64,000 bases of DNA from positions 18,961 through 82,960 of IMG/VR virus record IMGVR_UViG_3300027906_002394, one strand, 5' to 3'. The translations under genes and the position numbers were made by a program. Below are positions 35,821 to 43,704 of this stretch, one piece after another. Within the stretch, counting starts at the first letter, position 1. Every line of letters begins with the position of its first letter. This DNA comes from a virus. Under the pieces are notes generated by a model. The model had not been told where the DNA came from, did no database searches, and saw nothing but the letters and a program-made list of their open reading frames with translations.

Positions 35821-36512
35821 ACGAAAAAATCGTAGTACCCATTCAAGTAAGCGGTATTCTTTTTCTCACATTTTGGACAGTCATAATCCACATAATTCTC
35901 AATTACTGGCATTGTCTCAAAAAACTTTTTAATATGAGAGAATTGTTCTGTGGTTAAGTTGTCTATAAACTCCGCCCTGTCCGATTCAGTTAAATCTTCG
36001 TAGATTGCCTCCCCTTGGAAAATTTTCTCGATACACACTTCAGCGACTTTAAACAAATCCTGTTCTGTTTCTGATTTACCTATTTCTATCATCTCACTAG
36101 CATTTGGGTATCTCATTTCAAGTGACATCTCATTTCCAAGTTGTACTGTTTTATCGTGACCTTCAGTCTCATATAATTTAAAAGTATCCAATGATATTTC
36201 TATATCAATTGGTGCTTCACAATGACCGCAAAGAAGTCTCGCGTCTATTTTATCTGATATTGAAACCTTTCTCAGTTCCAAGAAAATTTGTTGCATATCA
36301 AAAATGGGTATCTTTTCCCCATCAACCTTACCGAAAGAACAATTGGTTACCACTTGTTGAGTGGCTTTTATCATTTCTTCTTCCTCTTTGGTTTCATTTG
36401 CTAATACAAGTAATTTTTCCTCTTTTACTAGGAAAGGCCTGAATTTCACTTTCTTACCTAGAGAGTGAACATGAACATCTATCAGAGGATGTTCAGTTAT
36501 TGGTAGTGCCAT
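35817..36512 (-). CDS. gp26: Baseplate hub assembly protein gp26-like (paralog B)
   Basis: FRPFLVKEEK, CGHC and CPKC zinc knuckles, MRYP, FFETMP; start reassigned to ATG 36512 (GGAGG SD). Confidence 0.85.
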   Translation of the reverse strand: MALPITEHPLIDVHVHSLGKKVKFRPFLVKEEKLLVLANETKEEEEMIKATQQVVTNCSFGKVDGEKIPIFDMQQIFLELRKVSISDKIDARLLCGHCEAPIDIEISLDTFKLYETEGHDKTVQLGNEMSLEMRYPNASEMIEIGKSETEQDLFKVAEVCIEKIFQGEAIYEDLTESDRAEFIDNLTTEQFSHIKKFFETMPVIENYVDYDCPKCEKKNTAYLNGYYDFFV

Positions 36513-36513
36513 A

Positions 36514-37221
36514 TTATCCTCCAAACCTATCGTTATGGAAACCAAAATATCCATTCATAATTTCGATATTTTCTGCTTCACAATGCGAACAATTAAACTC
36601 TATTATATTTCTAACCACTGGCATGGTTTCAAAAAATAACTTTATAATATTAAACTCTTGTCTTGTCAACGAATCGACAAACTCTATTTTATCTTCAGAT
36701 GGAATATCATTCCACACAGCAGTATCTTGTTCTATTTCTTCAATACACAAACCTGCTAAATCATAAAATTCCGCGTATTCTTTTCCTTCTGTCATCTCAA
36801 ATAATTCTTTTGCTGTTGGGTATCTCATAGTTACAACTAAGTTATCTCTTATTGGAAATACTGGTTTATGTCTTTCATCATATACCGTTTCAAAATTATC
36901 TATTTGAATATCAACTATATTTCCTTCTCCACATTCATCACATAATATCAGCCACTCTGGCATCTCTATACCAGAAATTTTTGTTAATTGAATCCATATG
37001 TTTTGTAGGTCAAAGATGGGTAAAGTAAATCCATCCACTTTACCCAAAGAACAATTAGTAATACATTTGCTTAATGTTTCTATTGATTCAGAACGACTCT
37101 GTTCTTTTAAGTTTTCAAATAGTTTTTCCTCTTTAACCAGAAATGGTCTAAAAGGAATTTTTTTATCTAGTTGAAAAACATATATGTCCGTCAACGGATA
37201 TTCCGCTTTTGGCAGCGTCAT
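36514..37221 (-). CDS. gp26: Baseplate hub assembly protein gp26-like (paralog A)
   Basis: FRPFLVKEEK, CDEC and CSHC, MRYP, FFETMP. Confidence 0.8.
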   Translation of the reverse strand: MTLPKAEYPLTDIYVFQLDKKIPFRPFLVKEEKLFENLKEQSRSESIETLSKCITNCSLGKVDGFTLPIFDLQNIWIQLTKISGIEMPEWLILCDECGEGNIVDIQIDNFETVYDERHKPVFPIRDNLVVTMRYPTAKELFEMTEGKEYAEFYDLAGLCIEEIEQDTAVWNDIPSEDKIEFVDSLTRQEFNIIKLFFETMPVVRNIIEFNCSHCEAENIEIMNGYFGFHNDRFGG

Positions 37222-37238
37222 AACAAACCTCCAATAAT

Positions 37239-37871
37239 TTAATCAACCCAATCATTAATGTTATCTGCAATCTTACTTTTAATTGCATTTTTGAAACTAT
37301 TCTTACGGAAATTGAGTAATCCAAATAATTTTTCTGAATCTCTCGAATCAACCGCACGAGAAGACCACCTTCTAAAAGCAAAAGTACAATTGACTCTGAC
37401 AATGCCTTCAGCACTTTGCCCCATTGGTAAAATATTCATGAGTCTTGGAAACGCATCATATAATTTCCATCCTGTTACCCTATTGTCTTCTCTATCTAAG
37501 GCAAAAACTTCAACCTGTCCAACATGTTCATCTGGAAAACTTACTTCTTTTGATATTGGATTCGCAATAATGGTCATCCAGTTTTCAAAGTAAGACCTAA
37601 CATCCCAATTATCATCACAGAAAAATGTAAATGCTGCTGTGTCTCCAAAGTATTCTACACCATGAGCTCTTTGTTCCGTCCAATGACTTATCATAGTTGG
37701 TGTCCATTTTATTTGCAGGCCTGGAATTTGAGCTTCCTCGCATAGCAATGATACTTCTCTATCATCTGTAAATTTTTGGGGACTGCTAATTACAATTTCA
37801 AATCTATTAGACCTAGCAAGGTCATTCTTTCTAACCTTACTAATGAAATCTCTTGTTTTAAAATAAGCCAT
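37239..37871 (-). CDS. Tail-tube-fold baseplate protein (gp54-like tube initiator)
   Basis: LARSNRFEI, CEEAQIPG, FENWM, LYDAFP, TFAFRRW: gp19/gp54 fold motifs. Confidence 0.7.
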   Translation of the reverse strand: MAYFKTRDFISKVRKNDLARSNRFEIVISSPQKFTDDREVSLLCEEAQIPGLQIKWTPTMISHWTEQRAHGVEYFGDTAAFTFFCDDNWDVRSYFENWMTIIANPISKEVSFPDEHVGQVEVFALDREDNRVTGWKLYDAFPRLMNILPMGQSAEGIVRVNCTFAFRRWSSRAVDSRDSEKLFGLLNFRKNSFKNAIKSKIADNINDWVD

Positions 37872-38440
37872 TAAATCATTCTCCTAGACTTTTGGAATAC
37901 GGTGTTCTTACTAACATTAAAGTCTTCTACTGGCAAAAATATAGCACCTTTCCAATCTTGTGGATTGATTTCATAAAATCTAGACCTTAGTTGTTTTGTT
38001 AAATATCTTTTTACGCATGGTTTTACTTCTGGAAACTGGGCAACATTGTTCAATAAACTCCAGTTAAATTTCATTCTACTTTCATCTTCAATTGCTTGGT
38101 CATCTAATGTTTCCATTAATTTGCCTAATAACTGAGCTCTCATCATGTAAGGTAGATAATGTAAATTCAATCCCCAGAAACCATCTGCGGTTGGTTCAAA
38201 TGGAAGACATAAAGGAAAAGCATCGAAATACGGTAATTTGTCTTTCCATTTCGCGTCATACCTAAACAGATACATTGAACCTATAGTAAATTTACCAACT
38301 GGTTGACCTATATCAGATGATATAGCGCTGGATGGACTGTTTACGCCACGCATGACTTGTCTTACTTGGTTCATGTACCAATTAAATGACTTTCTTCCAG
38401 AATCGGAGTTCGGTCTAATTTGTAAAAATGGATTTGCCAT
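37871..38440 (-). CDS. gp2: DNA end protector protein gp2
   Basis: GSMYLFRYDAKWKDKLPYFDAFPL, GLNLHYLP, CVKRYL; start reassigned to ATG 38440. Confidence 0.9.
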   Translation of the reverse strand: MANPFLQIRPNSDSGRKSFNWYMNQVRQVMRGVNSPSSAISSDIGQPVGKFTIGSMYLFRYDAKWKDKLPYFDAFPLCLPFEPTADGFWGLNLHYLPYMMRAQLLGKLMETLDDQAIEDESRMKFNWSLLNNVAQFPEVKPCVKRYLTKQLRSRFYEINPQDWKGAIFLPVEDFNVSKNTVFQKSRRMI

Positions 38441-38445
38441 GAGAC

Positions 38446-38453
38446 TATTTATA
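38446..38453 (-). promoter_or_regulatory. T4 late promoter TATAAATA, 5 nt upstream of the gp2 ATG
   Basis: tatttata at 38446-38453. Confidence 0.8.
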
Positions 38454-38472
38454 ACAGTTTGAAAGCCACCCA

Positions 38473-38517
38473 TGTTCATTAAAATTTAATCAAATCTTAA
38501 TCAAATTGTAACACAAA
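38473..38517 (+). promoter_or_regulatory. Four 11-bp-period direct repeats (Pho-box / OmpR-family operator-like)
   Basis: TGTTCAT-taaa-ATTTAAT-caaa-TCTTAAT-caaa-TTGTAAC-acaa upstream of the beta-barrel and permease genes. Confidence 0.55.
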
Positions 38518-38593
38518 AGCGCACGGCAAAGATATAGGTATCAATAAATATTTTACATATAATATTAATTCATCTACTTAATGAGGTAAAGGA

Positions 38594-38926
38594 ATGAAAC
38601 TCAAGTTCGTTCTCTTAGTTGTTTTATTAACAACACCATTTGCAACCCCCTACGCTAATCCATATTTAGAACTCAAGAACACAGTTCCCTTCAAAGATTA
38701 CCACTCTGAAACATCTACAAGTCATTTAAGACTAGGATATAAGTTCGACAACAATTTTTATGTCGAAGGTGGTGCTATGTCGCATGGTTCTAGTTATGAG
38801 GCTGGATACAAATTCAAAAAAGGAAAATGGACTATCAAGGGAAAGTGGGAAGGTTCAGATTCAAGTAAAAGGGACTATTTTAAATCTAAAATAGAAACAG
38901 AACTCAGATATACTTTTGGAGACTAA
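38594..38926 (+). CDS. Small exported beta-barrel (outer-membrane protein-like)
   Basis: Signal peptide; alternating beta strands LRLGYKF, FYVEGG, EAGYKF and near-terminal LRYTF; GAGG/AAGGA SD. Confidence 0.6.
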   Translation: MKLKFVLLVVLLTTPFATPYANPYLELKNTVPFKDYHSETSTSHLRLGYKFDNNFYVEGGAMSHGSSYEAGYKFKKGKWTIKGKWEGSDSSKRDYFKSKIETELRYTFGD

Positions 38927-38927
38927 C

Positions 38928-39875
38928 ATGGATGTAATGACGCTCTTGTGGACTTGTTTGGGATTTGCTTTTGCTAGTTATACAGTAATCGCAAACGATA
39001 GTATTCAAACTCTTGGTACTTGGATTGCATCTAATAAAGAGAGATTTGATTGGAAGATAATGTGGGCAGCCGCAAGTAGTGTTTTGTTATTTGCTATTTG
39101 GTATGGATGGACAGTCAATGCTGGTGATATATCATATGGTAGATTAGATAGAATACCGTATGTAGAACCACAATGGTATCATGCAATGGCACCAGCAGTA
39201 TTGTTATTACTTACTAGATTTGGTGTTCCTGTTAGTACATCGTTTTTAGTGTTAAGTGCATTTGCGAGTACATTCGTTTTAGAAAAGATGTTAGTCAAAT
39301 CTTTTGCTGGTTATGGTGTAGCGGCTGTGAGTGCATATGTCATATGGGCAGTCGTATCAAAATGGTTACAGAATGTAGAATTGCGTGGTAGTGATAGAAA
39401 CTGGCGAATACTACAATGGATTATTACTGGTTGGTTGTGGTGGACTTGGTTATCACATGATATGGCAAATATGGCAGTATTCTTACCGCGTGAAATCGAT
39501 ATCGTTCCATTAGTCGCTATTAGTGCATTGTTTGTTGCTGGTATGGGATGGATGTTTAAAGAACAGGGTGGTAAGATACAACATGTAGTTCAGAGTAAGA
39601 CAGATACAAACTATGTTAAGAGTGCAACTTTAATTGACTTCATATATCTCATAATTCTATGGTACTTTAAACAATACAACAATATACCAATGAGTACAAC
39701 ATGGGTATTCATAGGATTGTTAAGTGGTAGAGAACTTGCTATTGCAACATTTGATGCTACCAGAACTAAAAACTTCAAAGAGGTATTCCCAATAATCGCT
39801 GGTGACTTTGGTAAGTTGATGGTAGGTGTTGCCGCTTCAATGGGCATTATTATAGGTATTCATACTTTCGCGTAG
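38928..39875 (+). CDS. PiT (PHO4)-like phosphate/anion permease
   Basis: Polytopic membrane protein with internally duplicated PiT-like signatures IANDSIQT / SHDMANMA and GVPVSTS / NIPMSTT; ATG 38928 with GGAG SD. Confidence 0.7.
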   Translation: MDVMTLLWTCLGFAFASYTVIANDSIQTLGTWIASNKERFDWKIMWAAASSVLLFAIWYGWTVNAGDISYGRLDRIPYVEPQWYHAMAPAVLLLLTRFGVPVSTSFLVLSAFASTFVLEKMLVKSFAGYGVAAVSAYVIWAVVSKWLQNVELRGSDRNWRILQWIITGWLWWTWLSHDMANMAVFLPREIDIVPLVAISALFVAGMGWMFKEQGGKIQHVVQSKTDTNYVKSATLIDFIYLIILWYFKQYNNIPMSTTWVFIGLLSGRELAIATFDATRTKNFKEVFPIIAGDFGKLMVGVAASMGIIIGIHTFA

Positions 39876-40303
39876 ATACCTAATTCTTTTTCAGTAATTA
39901 TTTTAAACTCCCAACCTCGGTCAGCACAGTACTCTCGTGCTGACTTCCACTTTGCTTCATTGATACCATAGTTAGCAATCTCTTGTAGATACTTTTTTGT
40001 TTTCTTTCTAGGTTCTGGTGGTTTAGTGAATCGCTCTGGTTTAACTTCTATTAGATATGTACCGCCAACTGTCTTGATATAAAAGTCCACATAATAACTG
40101 TGTATCCTTCTATCTAAAGGAGACCTATAGGGTATCGCTATAGGTTCAGATGCCCACTCTAAAACATCTTGGTTCTTGTCGCACCAATTCATAAATTTTA
40201 GTTCGTAAGCTGACCTATAAATAACCTCATTAAGATTACCGCGATACTTTTTCGCGTTTTTTGGAATAAATTTTCCTTGATGGATATCTTTTCGGTACGG
40301 CAT
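39860..40303 (-). CDS. gp4: Head completion nuclease gp4
   Basis: YRSAYELKFM.WCD, WASE...IPY, YYVDF, IEVKP, NEAKW..A. Confidence 0.9.
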   Translation of the reverse strand: MPYRKDIHQGKFIPKNAKKYRGNLNEVIYRSAYELKFMNWCDKNQDVLEWASEPIAIPYRSPLDRRIHSYYVDFYIKTVGGTYLIEVKPERFTKPPEPRKKTKKYLQEIANYGINEAKWKSAREYCADRGWEFKIITEKELGIYAKV

Positions 40304-40305
40304 GT

Positions 40306-40313
40306 TATAAATA
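40306..40313 (+). promoter_or_regulatory. T4 late promoter TATAAATA for the gp48 operon; divergent AATAAATA on the minus strand at 40335-40342 for gp4
   Basis: Exact and near matches in the divergent gp4/gp48 spacer. Confidence 0.7.
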
Positions 40314-40354
40314 GTCCAATAATATCATAATTACTATTTATTCGGAGTTTGAGA

Positions 40355-41722
40355 ATGTCCTCAGCAACAGCAGAAGAAAGTCAAAATAAAGTTGAAACCT
40401 CTGTTTCGGCAGCCAAGAGCAATCCAGAGGAAGCAGCGGGTACAACCCCCAACGAGGATGTGGGAACAGCTACTTCAACGGAGAAAGATAAGAATCAACC
40501 AAGTGAGGTGCCTGAAAAACCGAAGACTACTTTTCAATCTCTTTCTTATCCTCAAGGTTTGGATAATACGGACGAATTTCCACATCAAATAATGTTCAAT
40601 GTTTTGATACGACAAACAGATGCCGAACATGAAGCTAATAGTCATTTGGGTGAAGGTGGAAAGGGTGAAGACCTTATTAGTCGTAACCCAGACATGACCA
40701 ATGAAAATGCAAAAAAAGTTTCTAAACAATTAACCAATGCTGCTATTGGTGGTTCTACTGCTTTGGCAGCATTTGCTAAAGGTGGTTTGCCGGGAATTGG
40801 AATAGGACTTGCTGGTGGTGCTGGTTTAGCATTTTTTGGTGACAGGATGTCTGCCCTTGTTGATGAAAATATAAAGTTATCAAGAAGAAATGTTGCTCGT
40901 ATAAGAATGGCTATGCCACAATCACCACAAAATAAAATGACCGCTGAATGGAGTGTCACGGATTTTGGTTCTATTATGGGAGCTATAATGGAAGGTGCTG
41001 GTGATGAAGGTATAATGAATATGATAAAAGACGCGGATATGACGGATGAAGCTGGTCAGGCAATGCTTAGAACTGCTGCTGGTGCGTTGAACATAACTAA
41101 ACAGGCAGGATTAAATATCCCAGCACAAGCAACTATAGAATTGATGACTAGGAAAGTTACAAACCCATTTAAAGAAACATTATTCAAAACAATGAACTTT
41201 AGGGATTTTCCTTTTGTTTTTAAATTCGCACCGAAAAATGACCAAGAATTATTACAGACCTTAAAGATTATTAATGTATTTGAGAGATATATGACTCCAC
41301 AAAAATCGCCAGGCTCTTTCTTTCTGGAATATCCTGCCGAGTTTGAGATAGTATATCAATATAAAAATAAAGAGAATAGGTATTTTACTAACTTCTTTAA
41401 TGATACTGCTTTAGTTAGTTTTCAAGTGGATTATGGAAATGGTGGAGTATATACTGCATTTCAAGGAACAGAAGGTGCGCCTTCAGAGATAACTATGTCT
41501 TTGCAGTTTAAAGAACTTACTCTTCTTGACAGAGATTCTATTGTTGATATAACTGGACAATCAACACCTATGGGTGGGTTTACTGGAGAAAACTCAGTAC
41601 AAGGACAAGAACCCCCCGCTGAGGAACAACCAGATGAAAAGAACGCAGACGGTACAGATAAAAATATAAATGAAACAGATAGTTCCCCAGATGCAGCTGT
41701 TAACGAAGGAGAGGATGGATAA
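40355..41722 (+). CDS. gp48: Baseplate tail-tube cap gp48
   Basis: LSYP, NPFKETLFKTMNFRDFPFVFKFAPKN, FLEYP, MSLQFKEL; precedes gp53. Confidence 0.8.
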   Translation: MSSATAEESQNKVETSVSAAKSNPEEAAGTTPNEDVGTATSTEKDKNQPSEVPEKPKTTFQSLSYPQGLDNTDEFPHQIMFNVLIRQTDAEHEANSHLGEGGKGEDLISRNPDMTNENAKKVSKQLTNAAIGGSTALAAFAKGGLPGIGIGLAGGAGLAFFGDRMSALVDENIKLSRRNVARIRMAMPQSPQNKMTAEWSVTDFGSIMGAIMEGAGDEGIMNMIKDADMTDEAGQAMLRTAAGALNITKQAGLNIPAQATIELMTRKVTNPFKETLFKTMNFRDFPFVFKFAPKNDQELLQTLKIINVFERYMTPQKSPGSFFLEYPAEFEIVYQYKNKENRYFTNFFNDTALVSFQVDYGNGGVYTAFQGTEGAPSEITMSLQFKELTLLDRDSIVDITGQSTPMGGFTGENSVQGQEPPAEEQPDEKNADGTDKNINETDSSPDAAVNEGEDG

Positions 41723-42234
41723 TGGCATTTTTTAGACAATTTCCTAGAACCGCGTATGTAGTTGATGGCAACTTAATTAATATCCCAGATATTTTCCGCC
41801 GTGTAGGTAAAAAAGATATTGCAGACAACCTAGCATTCATGCAAGAATACGAGATACAAGAGGGAGAGAGAGTGGAACACATTTCTCATAACCTTTATCG
41901 TACAACTGATTACTACTGGGTAATTTTATTAGTTAATAATATAATAGACCCATATCATGACTGGCCAAAGACTAAGACAGAATTGGTGGCATTTACTGAA
42001 CAACGATATGGTTCTGGTAATCTACATAAAGTACATCATTATGCTAATACATCTAATCAAAATATAAGAGTTGATTATGACGAATCAAAATTTAATGCTG
42101 GTACTATCAAAGCGATAACTAATATTGAACATGAGGAAAATGTCAATGAAGATAAAAGAAAGATTAAATTACCGAGGAAGGAATTTGTAGGGGAAATAGC
42201 AGGACAATTTAAGAGATTGATTAGAGGAAGATAA
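41722..42234 (+). CDS. gp53: Baseplate wedge protein gp53
   Basis: FFRQFP, GERVEHIS..LY, YWVILLVNNI.DPY.DWP, NEDKRKIKL. Confidence 0.9.
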   Translation: MAFFRQFPRTAYVVDGNLINIPDIFRRVGKKDIADNLAFMQEYEIQEGERVEHISHNLYRTTDYYWVILLVNNIIDPYHDWPKTKTELVAFTEQRYGSGNLHKVHHYANTSNQNIRVDYDESKFNAGTIKAITNIEHEENVNEDKRKIKLPRKEFVGEIAGQFKRLIRGR

Positions 42235-42240
42235 TTTATT

Positions 42241-43704
42241 ATGAGTACAATTTCAACGCCAGGCTCGTTTGATTTAGACAAGTCAGAAATATGGTTACTA
42301 CCATCTGAAGAAGCTGGTGGTGGTAAACCCATTGACATACTCAAAACTGGGTTTGTTGGTGACTTAACCATAAGAGAAAATTTAGAAAACAACTTCATTG
42401 GTGTTGACATGTCTGTGGGTGATGCAAGAAATGTAATAGGTAATATGCCTATCATTGGTGGTGAAGTAATAACTATTAAATTGGTATCCACGCATTTAGA
42501 CGAAAATAATCCCAAACATGTCATAGAACAATCTTTTCGTATTGATGAGATAATAAACAGAAACTATATTGATGATAGAGAACAGACTTATATAATAAGA
42601 GCTGTATCACCAGAAGCATATAAAAATAATACTCAAATAATAAGTGAAAGATTTACTGGTAAACCACAAGAAATATTTGAAGACATCTATGAAAGATTCA
42701 TAAAAGAACCAAAAGTTATTTCAGATGGAAAAAACAAAAAGGATGGATTTCCTTTAGAATTCTGTGATATATCTGGAGGACAAGTTTTCAAGAGAGAGAA
42801 TTTTACTTTCGTTGCTAATTATTGGACTCCATATCAATGTATGAATTTTCTGGCATCTAAAGTTGCACCAGCTGACGCGGGCGGAAAAGAATTGATGCCG
42901 AATGTTAAGTATTTTCAGACTACAAAGGCACATTATGTAGCTAGTCTTTCTAGGTTACAAGCTTTTTATAAAGAACAGAACTCGATTTATGATGAGTTTT
43001 GGTATGTCCCTACAGGTTCAGACCCCTTTATGTTAGATGAGAAAAGAAAAACTAGGGGTGGATATGGTTTTATTTCACCATTTGTTTCCAATCAATATTC
43101 AACTATGTCTGGTTTATCCATTCCTCTTATGACTCAAGACCTTGGAGACCAAATATCTGGATATCAAGGAAATGCAACAATAGGTTTTGATATGACAACG
43201 AGACTACCTTATCATATGGAATTTGATTATTCTCCATTACAACCTATTAGAATATCAGATAATAAAAGAGTGATACCATCACAATTCAAAGATTTTTATC
43301 ATCTTGCAGACCAGACACCAATGAGACAACTTCCAAATGTAAATCCTAAATCATCATTGAATGTTAGGATAGGTTCTTCACAAATATGGACTGACCAAAA
43401 GTTTGGATACGATTGGAGATTCTTATTGGATACAGCTTATAGAGATACTGCTACGGAAGAATTGAAAAGATTGAGAGTTAAATTTGATGTGCCAGGCCGA
43501 ACGGATATTGATTTGGGTATGTTGGTATATTTAAATTTTCCAAACACAGATGAAAAGGGTGACGGTGCGTCTGAAGAAGAATTGTTTGATGCAAGGATGT
43601 CTGGTATCTATAGTGTTATTGGTATTAAACACATGTTTTCTATCGCAAAACAACATCACACTATGACAATAGATGTTGTTAGAGATAGTATGGGAGATTT
43701 TTAA
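42241..43704 (+). CDS. Baseplate hub protein (gp27 / tail D-like)
   Basis: PIIGGE.ITI, WTPYQCMNFL, VPGRTDI..G..V, SGIYSVIGIKH; lies between gp53 and gp5. Confidence 0.65.
   Translation: MSTISTPGSFDLDKSEIWLLPSEEAGGGKPIDILKTGFVGDLTIRENLENNFIGVDMSVGDARNVIGNMPIIGGEVITIKLVSTHLDENNPKHVIEQSFRIDEIINRNYIDDREQTYIIRAVSPEAYKNNTQIISERFTGKPQEIFEDIYERFIKEPKVISDGKNKKDGFPLEFCDISGGQVFKRENFTFVANYWTPYQCMNFLASKVAPADAGGKELMPNVKYFQTTKAHYVASLSRLQAFYKEQNSIYDEFWYVPTGSDPFMLDEKRKTRGGYGFISPFVSNQYSTMSGLSIPLMTQDLGDQISGYQGNATIGFDMTTRLPYHMEFDYSPLQPIRISDNKRVIPSQFKDFYHLADQTPMRQLPNVNPKSSLNVRIGSSQIWTDQKFGYDWRFLLDTAYRDTATEELKRLRVKFDVPGRTDIDLGMLVYLNFPNTDEKGDGASEEELFDARMSGIYSVIGIKHMFSIAKQHHTMTIDVVRDSMGDF

Noticed and set aside
39860-40303. 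TnsA-like endonuclease suggesting a Tn7 element
   Set aside because: Motifs and position next to gp48/gp53 identify it as T4 gp4 head completion protein; no transposon ends.
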